Assembly: GCA_963789265.1 (NCBI GenBank)
Contig: CAWBKB010000004.1
Span: 192,001 to 256,000, forward strand
DNA from: an uncultured delta proteobacterium
GTDB taxonomy: Bacteria; Desulfobacterota; Desulfomonilia; Desulfomonilales; Desulfomonilaceae
DNA length: 64,000 bases
Direction: 5' to 3'
A program made the translations under genes and the position numbers. Under the pieces are notes generated by a model. The model did no database searches. It had not been told where the DNA came from and saw only the letters and a list, made by a program, of their open reading frames with translations. This document shows, piece by piece, positions 50,720 to 60,440 of this stretch (the stretch's first letter is position 1; each line of letters begins with the position of its first letter).

Positions 50720-51670
50720 TCAATCAGAACTAGCGAGACGGCGGACAAGCTTTCTTGCAGACCTCGCTATCAATTTCGCTGCGATGCCCTCAGCCGAAAG
50801 GCCCGCCTTGTCCCGCAAAAAATGAACACTGCCGCATAAGCACGGCATATCATCCGGGATGCCCAAACGAAGGACTCTGCATGGAAGGCCGTTTTCCGCA
50901 GCCACCTCTGAAACCAAAGATCCAAGGCCACCACACAGGTAGTGCTCTTCAACCGTGGCGACCAGAGGGTACTGTTCGAGCAATCGTGTGAGGTCGTCCA
51001 CAGGTGCCGGTCGCAGCGAAGATACAACCGCCACGGTTGCCTCAAAGCCTTTCTCGGCGAGAATTGCAGCCGCTCGCAGCGCTTCGGAACTTATATTTCC
51101 AATGGATACGATCAAAAGGTCCGGGCCTTCTCTCACGATTTCGAGGCATCCCAGACTGAATCTACCCTCCAAATTCGGCAATATCCAATTGTCCTGCTTG
51201 CTCATTCTATAGTAAATGGGTCCGGAAATGTCATAGGTCTTATGCACGGCACTTACTGCCTGTGCATCGTCGGCCGGAACTATCACTGTGAGCCCCGGTT
51301 GAACCCGCGCTATTGCCAAATCTTCGAGTGCATGGTGCGTGAAGCCCGCGTGGCCGTATTCGAAGCCTCCTCCGATTCCGATGACTCGGACAGGCAAATT
51401 GTGCAGAATCGGTCCGTTCCGCATCTGCTCGTAACCACGCATAGAGGCGAAGGTTGCGATGGAATATACAAAGGGGATGTAGCCCGAAGCTGCCAGGCCC
51501 GTCGCCAAACCGATCATGTTGGCCTCAGCCACTCCGACGTTAAAGAAGCGCGATGGATAGGCTTGGGCAAACTCTTCCAGAACCATGAAACCGAGGTCTG
51601 CGGTCAACAAAATGATCCGATCGTCAGACTCGGCTATTTCGCAAAGCGTCTGAGCAAAAGCACGTCTCAC
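50720..51670 (-). CDS. Transketolase C-terminal (pyrimidine-binding) subunit
   Basis: LLTADLG, FFNVGVAEANM, GFTHHALED and VEEH..GGLGS. Confidence 0.9.
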   Translation of the reverse strand: MRRAFAQTLCEIAESDDRIILLTADLGFMVLEEFAQAYPSRFFNVGVAEANMIGLATGLAASGYIPFVYSIATFASMRGYEQMRNGPILHNLPVRVIGIGGGFEYGHAGFTHHALEDLAIARVQPGLTVIVPADDAQAVSAVHKTYDISGPIYYRMSKQDNWILPNLEGRFSLGCLEIVREGPDLLIVSIGNISSEALRAAAILAEKGFEATVAVVSSLRPAPVDDLTRLLEQYPLVATVEEHYLCGGLGSLVSEVAAENGLPCRVLRLGIPDDMPCLCGSVHFLRDKAGLSAEGIAAKLIARSARKLVRRLASSD

Positions 51671-52479
51671 CGGGCGTCGGCCTCCTCGATCTCACGGATT
51701 GCCTGAACATATTGCTCATCGGACAGGGGCATGTAATGCCACTCCACTTTGCCCTCCATGAAGGACACCCCTTTACCGCTGGTGGTATTGGCAATTATTA
51801 CTTTCGGCGGGCCGCCGGCGGTGTCTAGTCCGCGAATTGTCTGCTGAATCTCCGCCCTGTCATGCCCGTCAATTTCGTGAATCTCCCAGCCGAAGGCTGC
51901 CCATTTTTCTCCTATGGGATTCAGGTTAATGATATCCTTGGTCTTACCAAAAGCCTGCTGTCCATTATTGTCGACTATAGCAATCAAGTTGGAAAGATTG
52001 TGATGAGCCGCGAACATGACCGTTTCCCACAAGGATCCTTCATTGCATTCCGCGTCACTGGCCAGCACGAAAATTCGGTAGGACGTCCCGCTCAATCTCG
52101 ACGCCAAGGCCACGCCCGCGCCAATGCTTAGACCGTGGCCGAGAGATCCGGTAGAAAACTCGATGCCTTCAAGAGTATGCTCCGGATGGACCCCCAGCAG
52201 GCTTCCATCGCAGCAGTAGGTCTGTAACTGGTCTCTGTTAAGAGTGCCGTTAAGGCAAAGGGCCGCGTACAGCGCCAGCACGGCATGGCCCTTGGATAGT
52301 ATGAAGCGATCCCGCAACGGGTCATCTGTACCCGGCAAATGCAATTCACTTTCAAACAGCACAGCAATAATATCGGCCACGGACAGGGCCGAACCTATAT
52401 GTCCAACATGGGCTCGTTTGGACTCTTCAATGATGATCCTGCGAACACTGTTCGGGGGAAACTGTGAATATGCGGTCAT
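51667..52479 (-). CDS. Transketolase N-terminal (TPP-binding) subunit
   Basis: GHIGSALS, DRFILSKGH, STGSLGHGL, SDAECNEGSLWE and GKGVSFME. Confidence 0.9.
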   Translation of the reverse strand: MTAYSQFPPNSVRRIIIEESKRAHVGHIGSALSVADIIAVLFESELHLPGTDDPLRDRFILSKGHAVLALYAALCLNGTLNRDQLQTYCCDGSLLGVHPEHTLEGIEFSTGSLGHGLSIGAGVALASRLSGTSYRIFVLASDAECNEGSLWETVMFAAHHNLSNLIAIVDNNGQQAFGKTKDIINLNPIGEKWAAFGWEIHEIDGHDRAEIQQTIRGLDTAGGPPKVIIANTTSGKGVSFMEGKVEWHYMPLSDEQYVQAIREIEEADAR

Positions 52480-52898
52480 GCGGTCTCGGACCCTGTTGAA
52501 CCTCTGATAGGATACGGATGTTTGGTCGGCGGCAAATTTACTCCACTCATACCAAGCCTCTATCCCATTTTGCAGGAGCACGTTAGCAGCATATCGGCGA
52601 TCCCGTCAATAGGAAAGGCCGGATCACCTTGTAATCTAATGGCTTGTCCCGTAATGGGCACTCAGGGGCCTGAGTCGTTGCGAAAAGCCGCCCATGAGGG
52701 AGATTCAACCAGTGATAACACACGAGCCGTGGCACTTCAATCCATCAAAAATTGGTATTTTATATTGAGAACGAATCAGGGTTCGTCCGGCAGTTTTACG
52801 GTCTCTTGCAGAAATCGCCGCCTTTCCACGCTCAGCGAGATCCGCGTATTCCGGGCCTGAGCGATGTGACACGGAGGGAGGAGGATGCAGCGAGCATT

Positions 52899-53579
52899 CT
52901 ACGTGCCGTGAATCTCACACGTGGCACAATCAATGGAAGCTAGTTGCTGACATAGTTTTGCTCCGGTCATGGCATCGGGTGCCCAATAATCCGATCCCAC
53001 ATATTTGCAGACTTTTTCATTAGTCAACCCGCCCCCGATAATCGTGGGCACAGGAGGCCTGCCTCGTTGCGTATCTTCATGTAATAAGGTGATGGTTTCA
53101 CGCATCGTATCGTACGATACGGTCAACAGCCCTGAAATACCAACAGCGTGTGGCGAGCATTCTCGTGTGGCCTTCAAGAAATCTCCAGGCGACACATCTA
53201 CACCAAGATCGATCAGCTCAAAGCCGTGGCACCGCAGAATCACCCCGAAGAGGTTTTTGCCAATGTCGTGGATGTCTCCTTGAACCGTCCCCAATACTAC
53301 CCGCCCGGACGCTTTTACGTGAATACTATTCTCAAGAATGCGTTGCAACATTTCGGAGACCTGGCGCATTATCTCCCCTGCCATCATAAGCCCGGAAAGA
53401 TAATAACGACCCTGCTCGTAATTGGCTCCGACGTAGCCTAGGGCTTGCTGGCAGCTTTCTAGAATGCTCAAAGGCGGTTCTTCTTTTTCCAGTAGACGCT
53501 GAACCTCTTTCAGCACTTCCTGCTCGTTCAAGTCCGTGAGGAGAGTAATCAACTCTAGATGCCGGAGATCCGGATTCAT
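52899..53579 (-). CDS. Corrinoid (B12-binding) protein
   Basis: GTVQGDIHDIGKN, DLGVDV, SGLLT and IGGG. Confidence 0.9.
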   Translation of the reverse strand: MNPDLRHLELITLLTDLNEQEVLKEVQRLLEKEEPPLSILESCQQALGYVGANYEQGRYYLSGLMMAGEIMRQVSEMLQRILENSIHVKASGRVVLGTVQGDIHDIGKNLFGVILRCHGFELIDLGVDVSPGDFLKATRECSPHAVGISGLLTVSYDTMRETITLLHEDTQRGRPPVPTIIGGGLTNEKVCKYVGSDYWAPDAMTGAKLCQQLASIDCATCEIHGT

Positions 53580-53612
53580 AGTACGACCTCTGTATTCGTC
53601 TGAAAACCGGCC

Positions 53613-54383
53613 CTAATCCCAGATACCCACTTTGGCTGAAAAATTCAGCCTATCTGAGGAACAGATGAAATAGCCGAAGCTAACGGGCTGGTTGTTGAAA
53701 TCGAAAAACGTGTGCTCCAGGCGAAACGCGGGAGTCGCCGGCTGAACTCGCAACAGCGATGCGTCTTCCTCATTCAGCAAAATGGATCTGATTACCAACA
53801 GGCCTTTCTTGATATCGGTCTCTCCTGTGCCGCTGAAAAGACCATGGAGAGAAGTCACGTCCATTTCTGCTTCCATGATAGGACGCATAGGGTCGTATAT
53901 CAGGTGTTCTTCATGACAGAGAATGGGGTCGTCGTTTCTTAGCAGTAGACGGCGAATATAGATTACCCTTGTGCCAGGCGGAATCGCCATCGCGTGAGCG
54001 ACGTTTTCCGAAGCAGGTACAATTCGCGTTCTGAGAAGTTTAACCTTCGAATGTTTTTTGTCCCGAAATAGGTTCTGTAACTCATCCAAAGCGAACGTGG
54101 AGCTTCCTAACTCCAAACCTTTGACAAATGTTCCGCGTCCTTGGACTGTGGTCACAAGGCCCTGATCCAAAAGCATGTTTACGGCCCGACGGACCGTCAT
54201 GGGACTGACTGCGTAACGGCTACAGATGGCCGCTTCCGATGGGAGTTGGTCCCCAGGTCGGTACTGCCCGGACGATATTTGCTGCCTCAAGAGCTTCACA
54301 AGCTGGGCATACGCGGGTTCGTATGAATCTCGATTTATGGTCTGCGGTGTTTCCATCAATTCAATTGCGTCCTTCACCATCAA
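53613..54383 (-). CDS. GntR-family (HutC/UTRA) transcriptional regulator
   Basis: PGDQLPSE...VSPMTVRRA...QGRGTFV wHTH plus UTRA domain. Confidence 0.92.
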   Translation of the reverse strand: MMVKDAIELMETPQTINRDSYEPAYAQLVKLLRQQISSGQYRPGDQLPSEAAICSRYAVSPMTVRRAVNMLLDQGLVTTVQGRGTFVKGLELGSSTFALDELQNLFRDKKHSKVKLLRTRIVPASENVAHAMAIPPGTRVIYIRRLLLRNDDPILCHEEHLIYDPMRPIMEAEMDVTSLHGLFSGTGETDIKKGLLVIRSILLNEEDASLLRVQPATPAFRLEHTFFDFNNQPVSFGYFICSSDRLNFSAKVGIWD

Positions 54384-54571
54384 CGTCGATCTCTATATAT
54401 CTATATAAGACGACTGTCCAGGGTCAAGTCAAATGGCCCATAATCCGCATTCGCTAGTCCATAGGCGCAGGTTCGACCTGCCTCTGGGGTGGATGATGGC
54501 GCATAAGGTGCCGACGGTTTTCGGGGATTCCTATGGCGGACCCAAAAACTGGGCGTCACCCATCTTTTTGC

Positions 54572-54608
54572 TTGACTCAGGCGTCACCTCTATATATAAC
54601 TATATAAC
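54572..54608 (+). promoter_or_regulatory. Sigma-70-type promoter of the corrinoid operon overlapping a TATA-rich putative operator
   Basis: TTGACT-N17-TATAAC. CTCTATATATAACTATATAA resembles CTCTATATATCTATATAA at 54391-54408. Confidence 0.55.
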
Positions 54609-54682
54609 TGTATATCATGAGTAGTCGAGCGGCTCGAGCCCCTAGAGGAGTTTGCAAGGATTACGGAGGAGCAGGTTTTGTA

Positions 54683-55282
54683 ATGCACCTAATTGTAGTC
54701 ACCGGATTTCTCGGGTCAGGCAAAACCACCTTCATAGTGAAACTTGCCAAGATTGCTATGGAAAAGGGCTTGAAAGTTGCCATAATAGTTAACGAATTAG
54801 GCGAAATCGGCATTGACGACCAATTCATGAAAGAGCTTGGATTCAATGTCCGGGAAATTCTCGGGGGCTGCATTTGCTGCACGCTTGTCGGCGATTTGGT
54901 CCAAACCATCAATAAACTTCAGGCCGATTATTCACCGGATGTCGTCATTGTTGAACCCTCCGGAGCGGCCGATCCAAGAAACATTGTCGGTGCGCTCAGC
55001 ATGAATCCAATTGAGTCCCTAAGAAGTAAACGCCAGATTGCTTTGCTCGACCCGCTGCGTATGGAAATGCTGATAACCGTGGTGGAGCCACTGATCGTTT
55101 CGACGATTAGGCAAGCCGACCTGGTACTCATCAACAAGGCCGATACAGCGACCGCCGAGCAGATCGAATACACCCGACGTGTGGTTGATCAAGCCCATCC
55201 GGATGCCAGGGTCATGGTCATTTCTGCAAAGAATGATCCAGAGCCGCAGGTTTGGTCGGAGATTTCGTCATGCATGGGATGA
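54683..55282 (+). CDS. CobW/HypB/UreG-family (G3E) GTPase
   Basis: GFLGSGKTT, VNELGEIGID, GGCICC, EPSG and INKAD. Confidence 0.9.
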   Translation: MHLIVVTGFLGSGKTTFIVKLAKIAMEKGLKVAIIVNELGEIGIDDQFMKELGFNVREILGGCICCTLVGDLVQTINKLQADYSPDVVIVEPSGAADPRNIVGALSMNPIESLRSKRQIALLDPLRMEMLITVVEPLIVSTIRQADLVLINKADTATAEQIEYTRRVVDQAHPDARVMVISAKNDPEPQVWSEISSCMG

Positions 55283-55701
55283 TGCTTGAACCACTAGCCA
55301 TCCATATCCGCTTTGCGCTCTCTGCTCCAAAGCGGATTCAAGAATGGACTGAAATCTTAAAGCGTTTCCTGGAAACTTTGGCCGAGCTTTGCCACAAATC
55401 GGAGCCATGCATGATAGGCCATATTAAAGGGTTAGCACTTTTGGGTGGTAATCGGTACATGCGTGGAAGCGTCATCAGCCCCTCGTTACCCGCTCAAGTG
55501 GAAACGAATGTTTCAGAGGACCTTATCGAGTTGCCTCTAACGCTGAATATGTTGGTTTATGGACTGTCGCGAAGAAGCCTTGAGCGCAATGTAGAAAGGG
55601 CGGCCGTACAACTTGGAACGGCTTGGAGTGGAACGATTACGGTTGAACCCATCTCGGCGACAAATCACGGGGATAAGCCCGCCCCGCACCACGAACATTA
55701 A
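55270..55701 (+). CDS. Hypothetical protein, probable partner of the G3E GTPase
   Basis: IGHIKG motif. Overlaps the GTPase stop. Confidence 0.6.
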   Translation: MHGMMLEPLAIHIRFALSAPKRIQEWTEILKRFLETLAELCHKSEPCMIGHIKGLALLGGNRYMRGSVISPSLPAQVETNVSEDLIELPLTLNMLVYGLSRRSLERNVERAAVQLGTAWSGTITVEPISATNHGDKPAPHHEH

Positions 55702-56413
55702 ATGAAACCCTCCCGAACAAAAGTAATTGCCTGTGAAGTCTTGATAAATGAGATGCTGGACTTTATGCCGCCAGACATGGAGCACGAGGCTCTCGACGTG
55801 GGTCTCCACGTCAACCCGCAGTCATTGAAACGAGCATTGAGGGAATCGATCGAAAATTCGGCCGATACTTTCGATACGATCATCCTTGGTTACGGTCTGT
55901 GCTCCAGGGCAGTGGAAGGTTTGGGTTCCTCCAGCAGCACACTGGTGGTCCCCAGGGTAGACGATTGTATAGGGATACTCTTAGGTTCCCGGGAGGCGCA
56001 CAGGTCCGAAACGCTCCGGGAGCCCGGAACCTATTATCTCAGCCGGGGCTGGATAGATACCGGCAAGCACCTCTTCGAAGAGGTACGATTACATGGAAGA
56101 ACGCTTTGGTCCTAGTAAAGCCCGGAGTTTGATGGAGACGATGCTGAAGCATTACACACGCCTGGCATTTGTGAAGACGGGCCAAGAAGGGGATCTTGAT
56201 CGGTACCTGGATTATTGTCACAGGACAGCTCAGCGATTTGGGTTGCGTTCGGAGGAGATTACCGGGTCCCTGGCTTTGGTGAAGAAGATGATTTTTGGTC
56301 CATGGGATGAAGAGTTCGTCACGGTTCGTCCCGGCCAGGAAATACCGTATGAGGAATGGCTGCGGGATCCAAATCCGGCTCTGGAGCCGATATCAAGGGT
56401 CGCCCTCAAATGA
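55702..56413 (+). CDS. DUF1638-family protein; apparent +1 frameshift near 56082
   Basis: IACEV, GLH..P, LGYGLCS, VDDCIGILLGS, GTYYLSRGW and GPWDEEF. Confidence 0.8.
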
Positions 56414-56546
56414 GGAGAGATGCGACTTCTCCGCGCCTTATGCAGCCGCGGTACGAAATACGATGGGGACCGTCAGGGAATTACCGCAAGAACTCCCCGG
56501 CTCTTCGCGGGAAGAGGGGGGCAACATGGAGAGAAAGGAGGCAAGC

Positions 56547-57167
56547 ATGGGCAAATCACTGACAGAGCTGATAGGCGACCTCGAGGAAACCGCAGCTCTT
56601 GCCACAGTGCGGCAACAACTGAAAGATGGGACAGCTCCTCTTACGATCTTGAAAGATTGTCAGGCAGGCATGGTGGAGGTGGGGAAAAAGTTCGAAATGG
56701 GACAATACTTCATTTCCGATCTCATGATGTCCGGTGAAATCTTCAAGCAAATCCGGGAGATCCTTGCTCCGGAAATGAAAGAGGCCTCGGGGCTGTCCGC
56801 GGGAAAAGTTGTCATAGGCACGGTGGCCGGGGACATCCACGACATCGGGAAGGACCTGGTAGTGGGAATGCTCCGATCCGCTAACTACGAAGTGACCGAC
56901 TTAGGGGTGGACGTTCCGGCTGAGAGGTTCGTGCAGGCAGTAAAAGAAACTGGAGCCACCGTTGTTGGTCTATCCTGTTTGCTGACAATCGCTTTTGATT
57001 CAATGAAGACAACCATAGAAGCTTTGGATAAGGCAGGACTGCGATCCAAAGTGAAGGTGATGGTGGGCGGTGGCCCCATGGACGAGAAAGCCTGTTCATA
57101 CACCGGCGCCGATGCCTGGGGAAATGACGCCAATGCGGCGGTCAACTTTTGCAAGGAGTGGATATGA
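56547..57167 (+). CDS. Corrinoid protein (MtaC/OdmA-like)
   Basis: GTVAGDIHDIGKD, DLGVDV, LSCLLT and MVGGG. RBS AAGGAGG. Confidence 0.92.
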   Translation: MGKSLTELIGDLEETAALATVRQQLKDGTAPLTILKDCQAGMVEVGKKFEMGQYFISDLMMSGEIFKQIREILAPEMKEASGLSAGKVVIGTVAGDIHDIGKDLVVGMLRSANYEVTDLGVDVPAERFVQAVKETGATVVGLSCLLTIAFDSMKTTIEALDKAGLRSKVKVMVGGGPMDEKACSYTGADAWGNDANAAVNFCKEWI

Positions 57168-58306
57168 GCACAGACAAGGAAAAGCTGTATCAGGAAAGGT
57201 TGAACCGCGTGACAAAAGCGCTCAACCTTGAGCCGGTTGATTGTATTCCTTCGCTCTACATGGCCACAGCATTTTCCCCACGTTATATGGGCATGACTCA
57301 GGCCGAGTTTTGTACCAATCCTGATGGTGCAGTCGATGTGACTATAGCGGCCATGGAGCGCTTGGGGGACGTTGATGGCATCAACCTGATGCCGTCTGGC
57401 TACCATCCCATCAACCTGAGCCATATTTGGCTCTCGAAAGTGCTTATCCCAGGGCAAGACCTGCCGGAAGACGCTTTGTGGCAGGTCGTCGAAAAAGAAA
57501 TCCTGAGTGTTGAAGATTATGACTTCATTATCGACAAGGGGTGGGAAGCACTGAAAGAGAAAACTATTCCAGTGGTTGTGGACATGAACATGAATAAGGC
57601 CCATTGGGACTGGGTTCTCTCAAGTTTTTCGGGAGTCGTTCCGAAATTCCGCAAAGCTGGGTATGTCGTTGCTGTGTGCGGAATCACGACCGTTCCTTTC
57701 GAGCTTCTCTGTGGCGGTCGTTCCATGCCTAAATTCTTTTTGGATCTGTACCGAATTCCCGACAAAGTGAAAGCGGCTATGGACGTGATGCTTCCCGCCA
57801 TGATCGAGCAGGGAATTATGGCCTCGAAACTTGGGGGGGGGCCCACGGTGTGGGTTGGCGGTTGGCGAACCGCCAGCGCTCTGCTTGCCCCCAAGATATG
57901 GGACAAGCTTGTGTTTCCCTATTATCATGAGATCGTACTCAAATTAGCTGATAACGGCATTACCTCCGTGCTGCATTGGGATCAGGACTGGACGCGCGAC
58001 CTGGGACGCCTTCTGGAACTGCCGGCCAAAAAATTCGCATTGAATCCCGATGGGATGACCGACATCCGCAAAGCTAAAGAGATCCTGCGAGACCATGCGG
58101 CTATTATCGGGGATGTCCCCTCGTCTCTGTTCGCAGCAGGTACTCCGGAGGACATTCGCGATTACGTACGTGACCTCGTGCGCGACGTCGGGCCTGACGG
58201 GCTGATTCTCTGCCCAGGTTGTGATGCGCCTATCAACACGAAACCGGAGAACATGGAAGCTTTTGTCAGTGCCAGTCGTGAATTTGGGACTTTGGTTGGT
58301 CAGTAG
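57164..58306 (+). CDS. UroD-family methyltransferase (MtaA/CmuA/OdmB-like)
   Basis: RS..KFFLDLYR.P, LHWD, TDIRKAKEIL..H..I.GDV and ILCPGC. Confidence 0.85.
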   Translation: MSTDKEKLYQERLNRVTKALNLEPVDCIPSLYMATAFSPRYMGMTQAEFCTNPDGAVDVTIAAMERLGDVDGINLMPSGYHPINLSHIWLSKVLIPGQDLPEDALWQVVEKEILSVEDYDFIIDKGWEALKEKTIPVVVDMNMNKAHWDWVLSSFSGVVPKFRKAGYVVAVCGITTVPFELLCGGRSMPKFFLDLYRIPDKVKAAMDVMLPAMIEQGIMASKLGGGPTVWVGGWRTASALLAPKIWDKLVFPYYHEIVLKLADNGITSVLHWDQDWTRDLGRLLELPAKKFALNPDGMTDIRKAKEILRDHAAIIGDVPSSLFAAGTPEDIRDYVRDLVRDVGPDGLILCPGCDAPINTKPENMEAFVSASREFGTLVGQ

Positions 58307-58414
58307 GGCTTCGAAACAAGAATATTCGTTTCTGGTTCGTCGTGAGCGGGGCCGATCACCTAGTAGGTTTGCGGTGGTCGGCCTTGTGTATCTTTTTTCA
58401 AAGGAAGCAGTCAA

Positions 58415-59218
58415 ATGCAAATCATCGGGGAGAAGATTAACGGAACACGAAAACAGGTGAGAGAGGCGATCGTCAGCGGGGACGCAGGCTTCATCAGAGA
58501 CTTGGCCTTGAGTCAGGTGCAAGCTGGAGCGGATCTTTTGGATGTGAACGCCGGAACAGCCCCGGACCGGGAGCTTGATGACCTACTGTGGCTGGTCAGG
58601 ACTGTGCAAGAAGCTGTTGATGTTCCGTTATGCTTGGACAGTCCCAATTCAGGGGCCCTAACCGTTGCTGTATCTGAAGTGAATCATCCACCCATGATCA
58701 ACTCAGTCAATGGCGATCACGAAAAACTGGCGAACATTATTCCTCTTGTCAGCAAGCACGGATGCACCGTAATAGCCTTGGCTCTTGACGAAAGAGGAAT
58801 GCCCAAAGGTGTCCAGGACCGGATGACCGTGATCAGAAGAGTGTTTGAGACCACAAGGGCAGCCGGGATTCAAGACGAGAGAGTGTACGTTGACCCTTTG
58901 ATCATGACCATTGCGACCGACAGTCACGCGGGTATAACCGTTTTGGAAACTATGCGGTCAGTTCGTGCCGAATTTCCTGACGCGCACATTACCGGTGGAT
59001 TCAGTAACATCTCATTTGGGCTACCCGGTCGGACCCTCATCAATCGCACTTTCCTTGCATTGGTCCTCGAGGCGGGAATGGACTCCGCCATAATAGACCC
59101 CACGGACGAGCAGTTTTACGAAGCGCTTCTCACAACCGAGCTATTGCTGGGCCGAGACCGATTCTGCCGGAACTACACTCAGGCACACCGCTCTGGACGC
59201 ATTGGACAAAGAAGGTGA
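58415..59218 (+). CDS. Methyltetrahydrofolate:corrinoid methyltransferase (pterin-binding, AcsE/OdmD-like)
   Basis: IIGEKINGTR, LDVNAG, LCLDS, MINS, VDPL, GFSNISFGLP and SAIIDP. Confidence 0.9.
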   Translation: MQIIGEKINGTRKQVREAIVSGDAGFIRDLALSQVQAGADLLDVNAGTAPDRELDDLLWLVRTVQEAVDVPLCLDSPNSGALTVAVSEVNHPPMINSVNGDHEKLANIIPLVSKHGCTVIALALDERGMPKGVQDRMTVIRRVFETTRAAGIQDERVYVDPLIMTIATDSHAGITVLETMRSVRAEFPDAHITGGFSNISFGLPGRTLINRTFLALVLEAGMDSAIIDPTDEQFYEALLTTELLLGRDRFCRNYTQAHRSGRIGQRR

Positions 59219-59461
59219 TTCCGAACCGCCGCTGCGCGAGGATCGGGCTCTAAGGACCAGGTCTTTTCAAATTGTGGGAGCAGCTATCGCACACTCCGGC
59301 ACTAGTCGACGAGAAAGAGTCAATGGTTAGTTGCAATATGGTCCCTAATAGATTGCCGCTTACAAGATTCCTGCCTCAAATCCTGTCTTGATTCAACTTG
59401 CCATTTTCAGGCATTATGATACGCGCTCCGGGGAAATCGACCCTACCAGGAGAAGTTCAAG

Positions 59462-59905
59462 ATGTCTCTTTTCTACATTGTGCTCGCTTTCGTTGCCGGA
59501 GCTTGTGCCCCCGCTCAAGCTGGAATTAATTCCGAATTGCGTTTGTGGACAAATGACCCTGTCTTTGCAGCCATGATTTCATTCGCAGTGGGCACTGTCG
59601 CACTTTTGTGTTACGTGCTTTTTCTCCGGATTCCCTGGCCGGCATTAAAGGTCGGCTTCGCTTCGCCGTGGTGGATATGGACAGGAGGCTTCCTGGGCGC
59701 CTTCCTGGTTTCAGCGTCAATAATTCTCGTCCCCAAGCTAGGGGCCGCCACGATGTTGGGCATCATGGTAGCGGGCCAGATGGTAGCGGGTGTCGTACTG
59801 GATAATTTTGGTCTCGTGGGCTACGAGGTGCACCCTGCAAACCTTTGGCGCTGTTTAGGGGCACTTTTGGTAGTTGGGGGCGTCATAATAATCAAAAGAT
59901 TTTAG
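59462..59905 (+). CDS. DMT-superfamily YdcZ/DUF606 membrane protein
   Basis: QAGINSEL, ISFAVG, PWWIWTGGFLG and GQM...LDNFG. Confidence 0.88.
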   Translation: MSLFYIVLAFVAGACAPAQAGINSELRLWTNDPVFAAMISFAVGTVALLCYVLFLRIPWPALKVGFASPWWIWTGGFLGAFLVSASIILVPKLGAATMLGIMVAGQMVAGVVLDNFGLVGYEVHPANLWRCLGALLVVGGVIIIKRF

Positions 59906-60072
59906 CAGGCGAACTCTCATGGTGCATGTACGCCGTAGCTCGCGGCGGAAGATTACGGATTTTGCAACTTTCCGATGCTTTGAAATCTTGGCTCGGCCGG
60001 AGCAGTGTTGACCGATCGCAACGCCTGACTATATTAAAATAAGTAGGTGAAACGCTTCCGTGGAGGTTTACC

Positions 60073-60189
60073 ATGAAAGCCCGAAAAGAATGCTGCTGCA
60101 TAGGAAGCTTTTGCAGGAAATTGAATGACGAATCAGATTGTGTGAAGGCCGGCGGGAAAGTTGTGAAAGATTGTTCAGAATGCAAGTAA
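60073..60189 (+). CDS. Small Cys-rich protein (38 aa), below the ORF-track cut-off
   Basis: RBS GGAGG. MKARKECCCIGSFCRKLNDESDCVKAGGKVVKDCSECK has a Cys pattern like 29114-29305. Followed by a hairpin plus T-rich tract at about 60210-60256. Confidence 0.65.
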   Translation: MKARKECCCIGSFCRKLNDESDCVKAGGKVVKDCSECK

Positions 60190-60440
60190 TCCGGGTAGAA
60201 GAAGCTTCATCGGCGTCAGGGTTCGCACGTGGGTCAGCCTTGGCGCCGTTTTGTTTCCGAGAAGTCCCCGCGGTATCCTTGGCTTGATAAAACTCCTCTC
60301 GTGAAATATCCTGTAACTAAATTAGCGAACCGGGCAATTGGCGCGATGTGAATCGCACAAGTACCGGTATTTGATATTGTGAACATGACTAATTGCAAAT
60401 TGAGGCAAATGCTTCATTAGCCTGAAAGGGGAGTCAAACC

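Noticed and set aside
50363..50723. N-terminal extension of the epimerase-GT2 ORF and overlapping small ORFs
   Set aside because: Derived from the REP/MITE element. The real start is probably ATG 50362.
54410..54680. Cobalamin riboswitch ahead of the corrinoid operon
   Set aside because: No B12-box or conserved core could be identified by eye.
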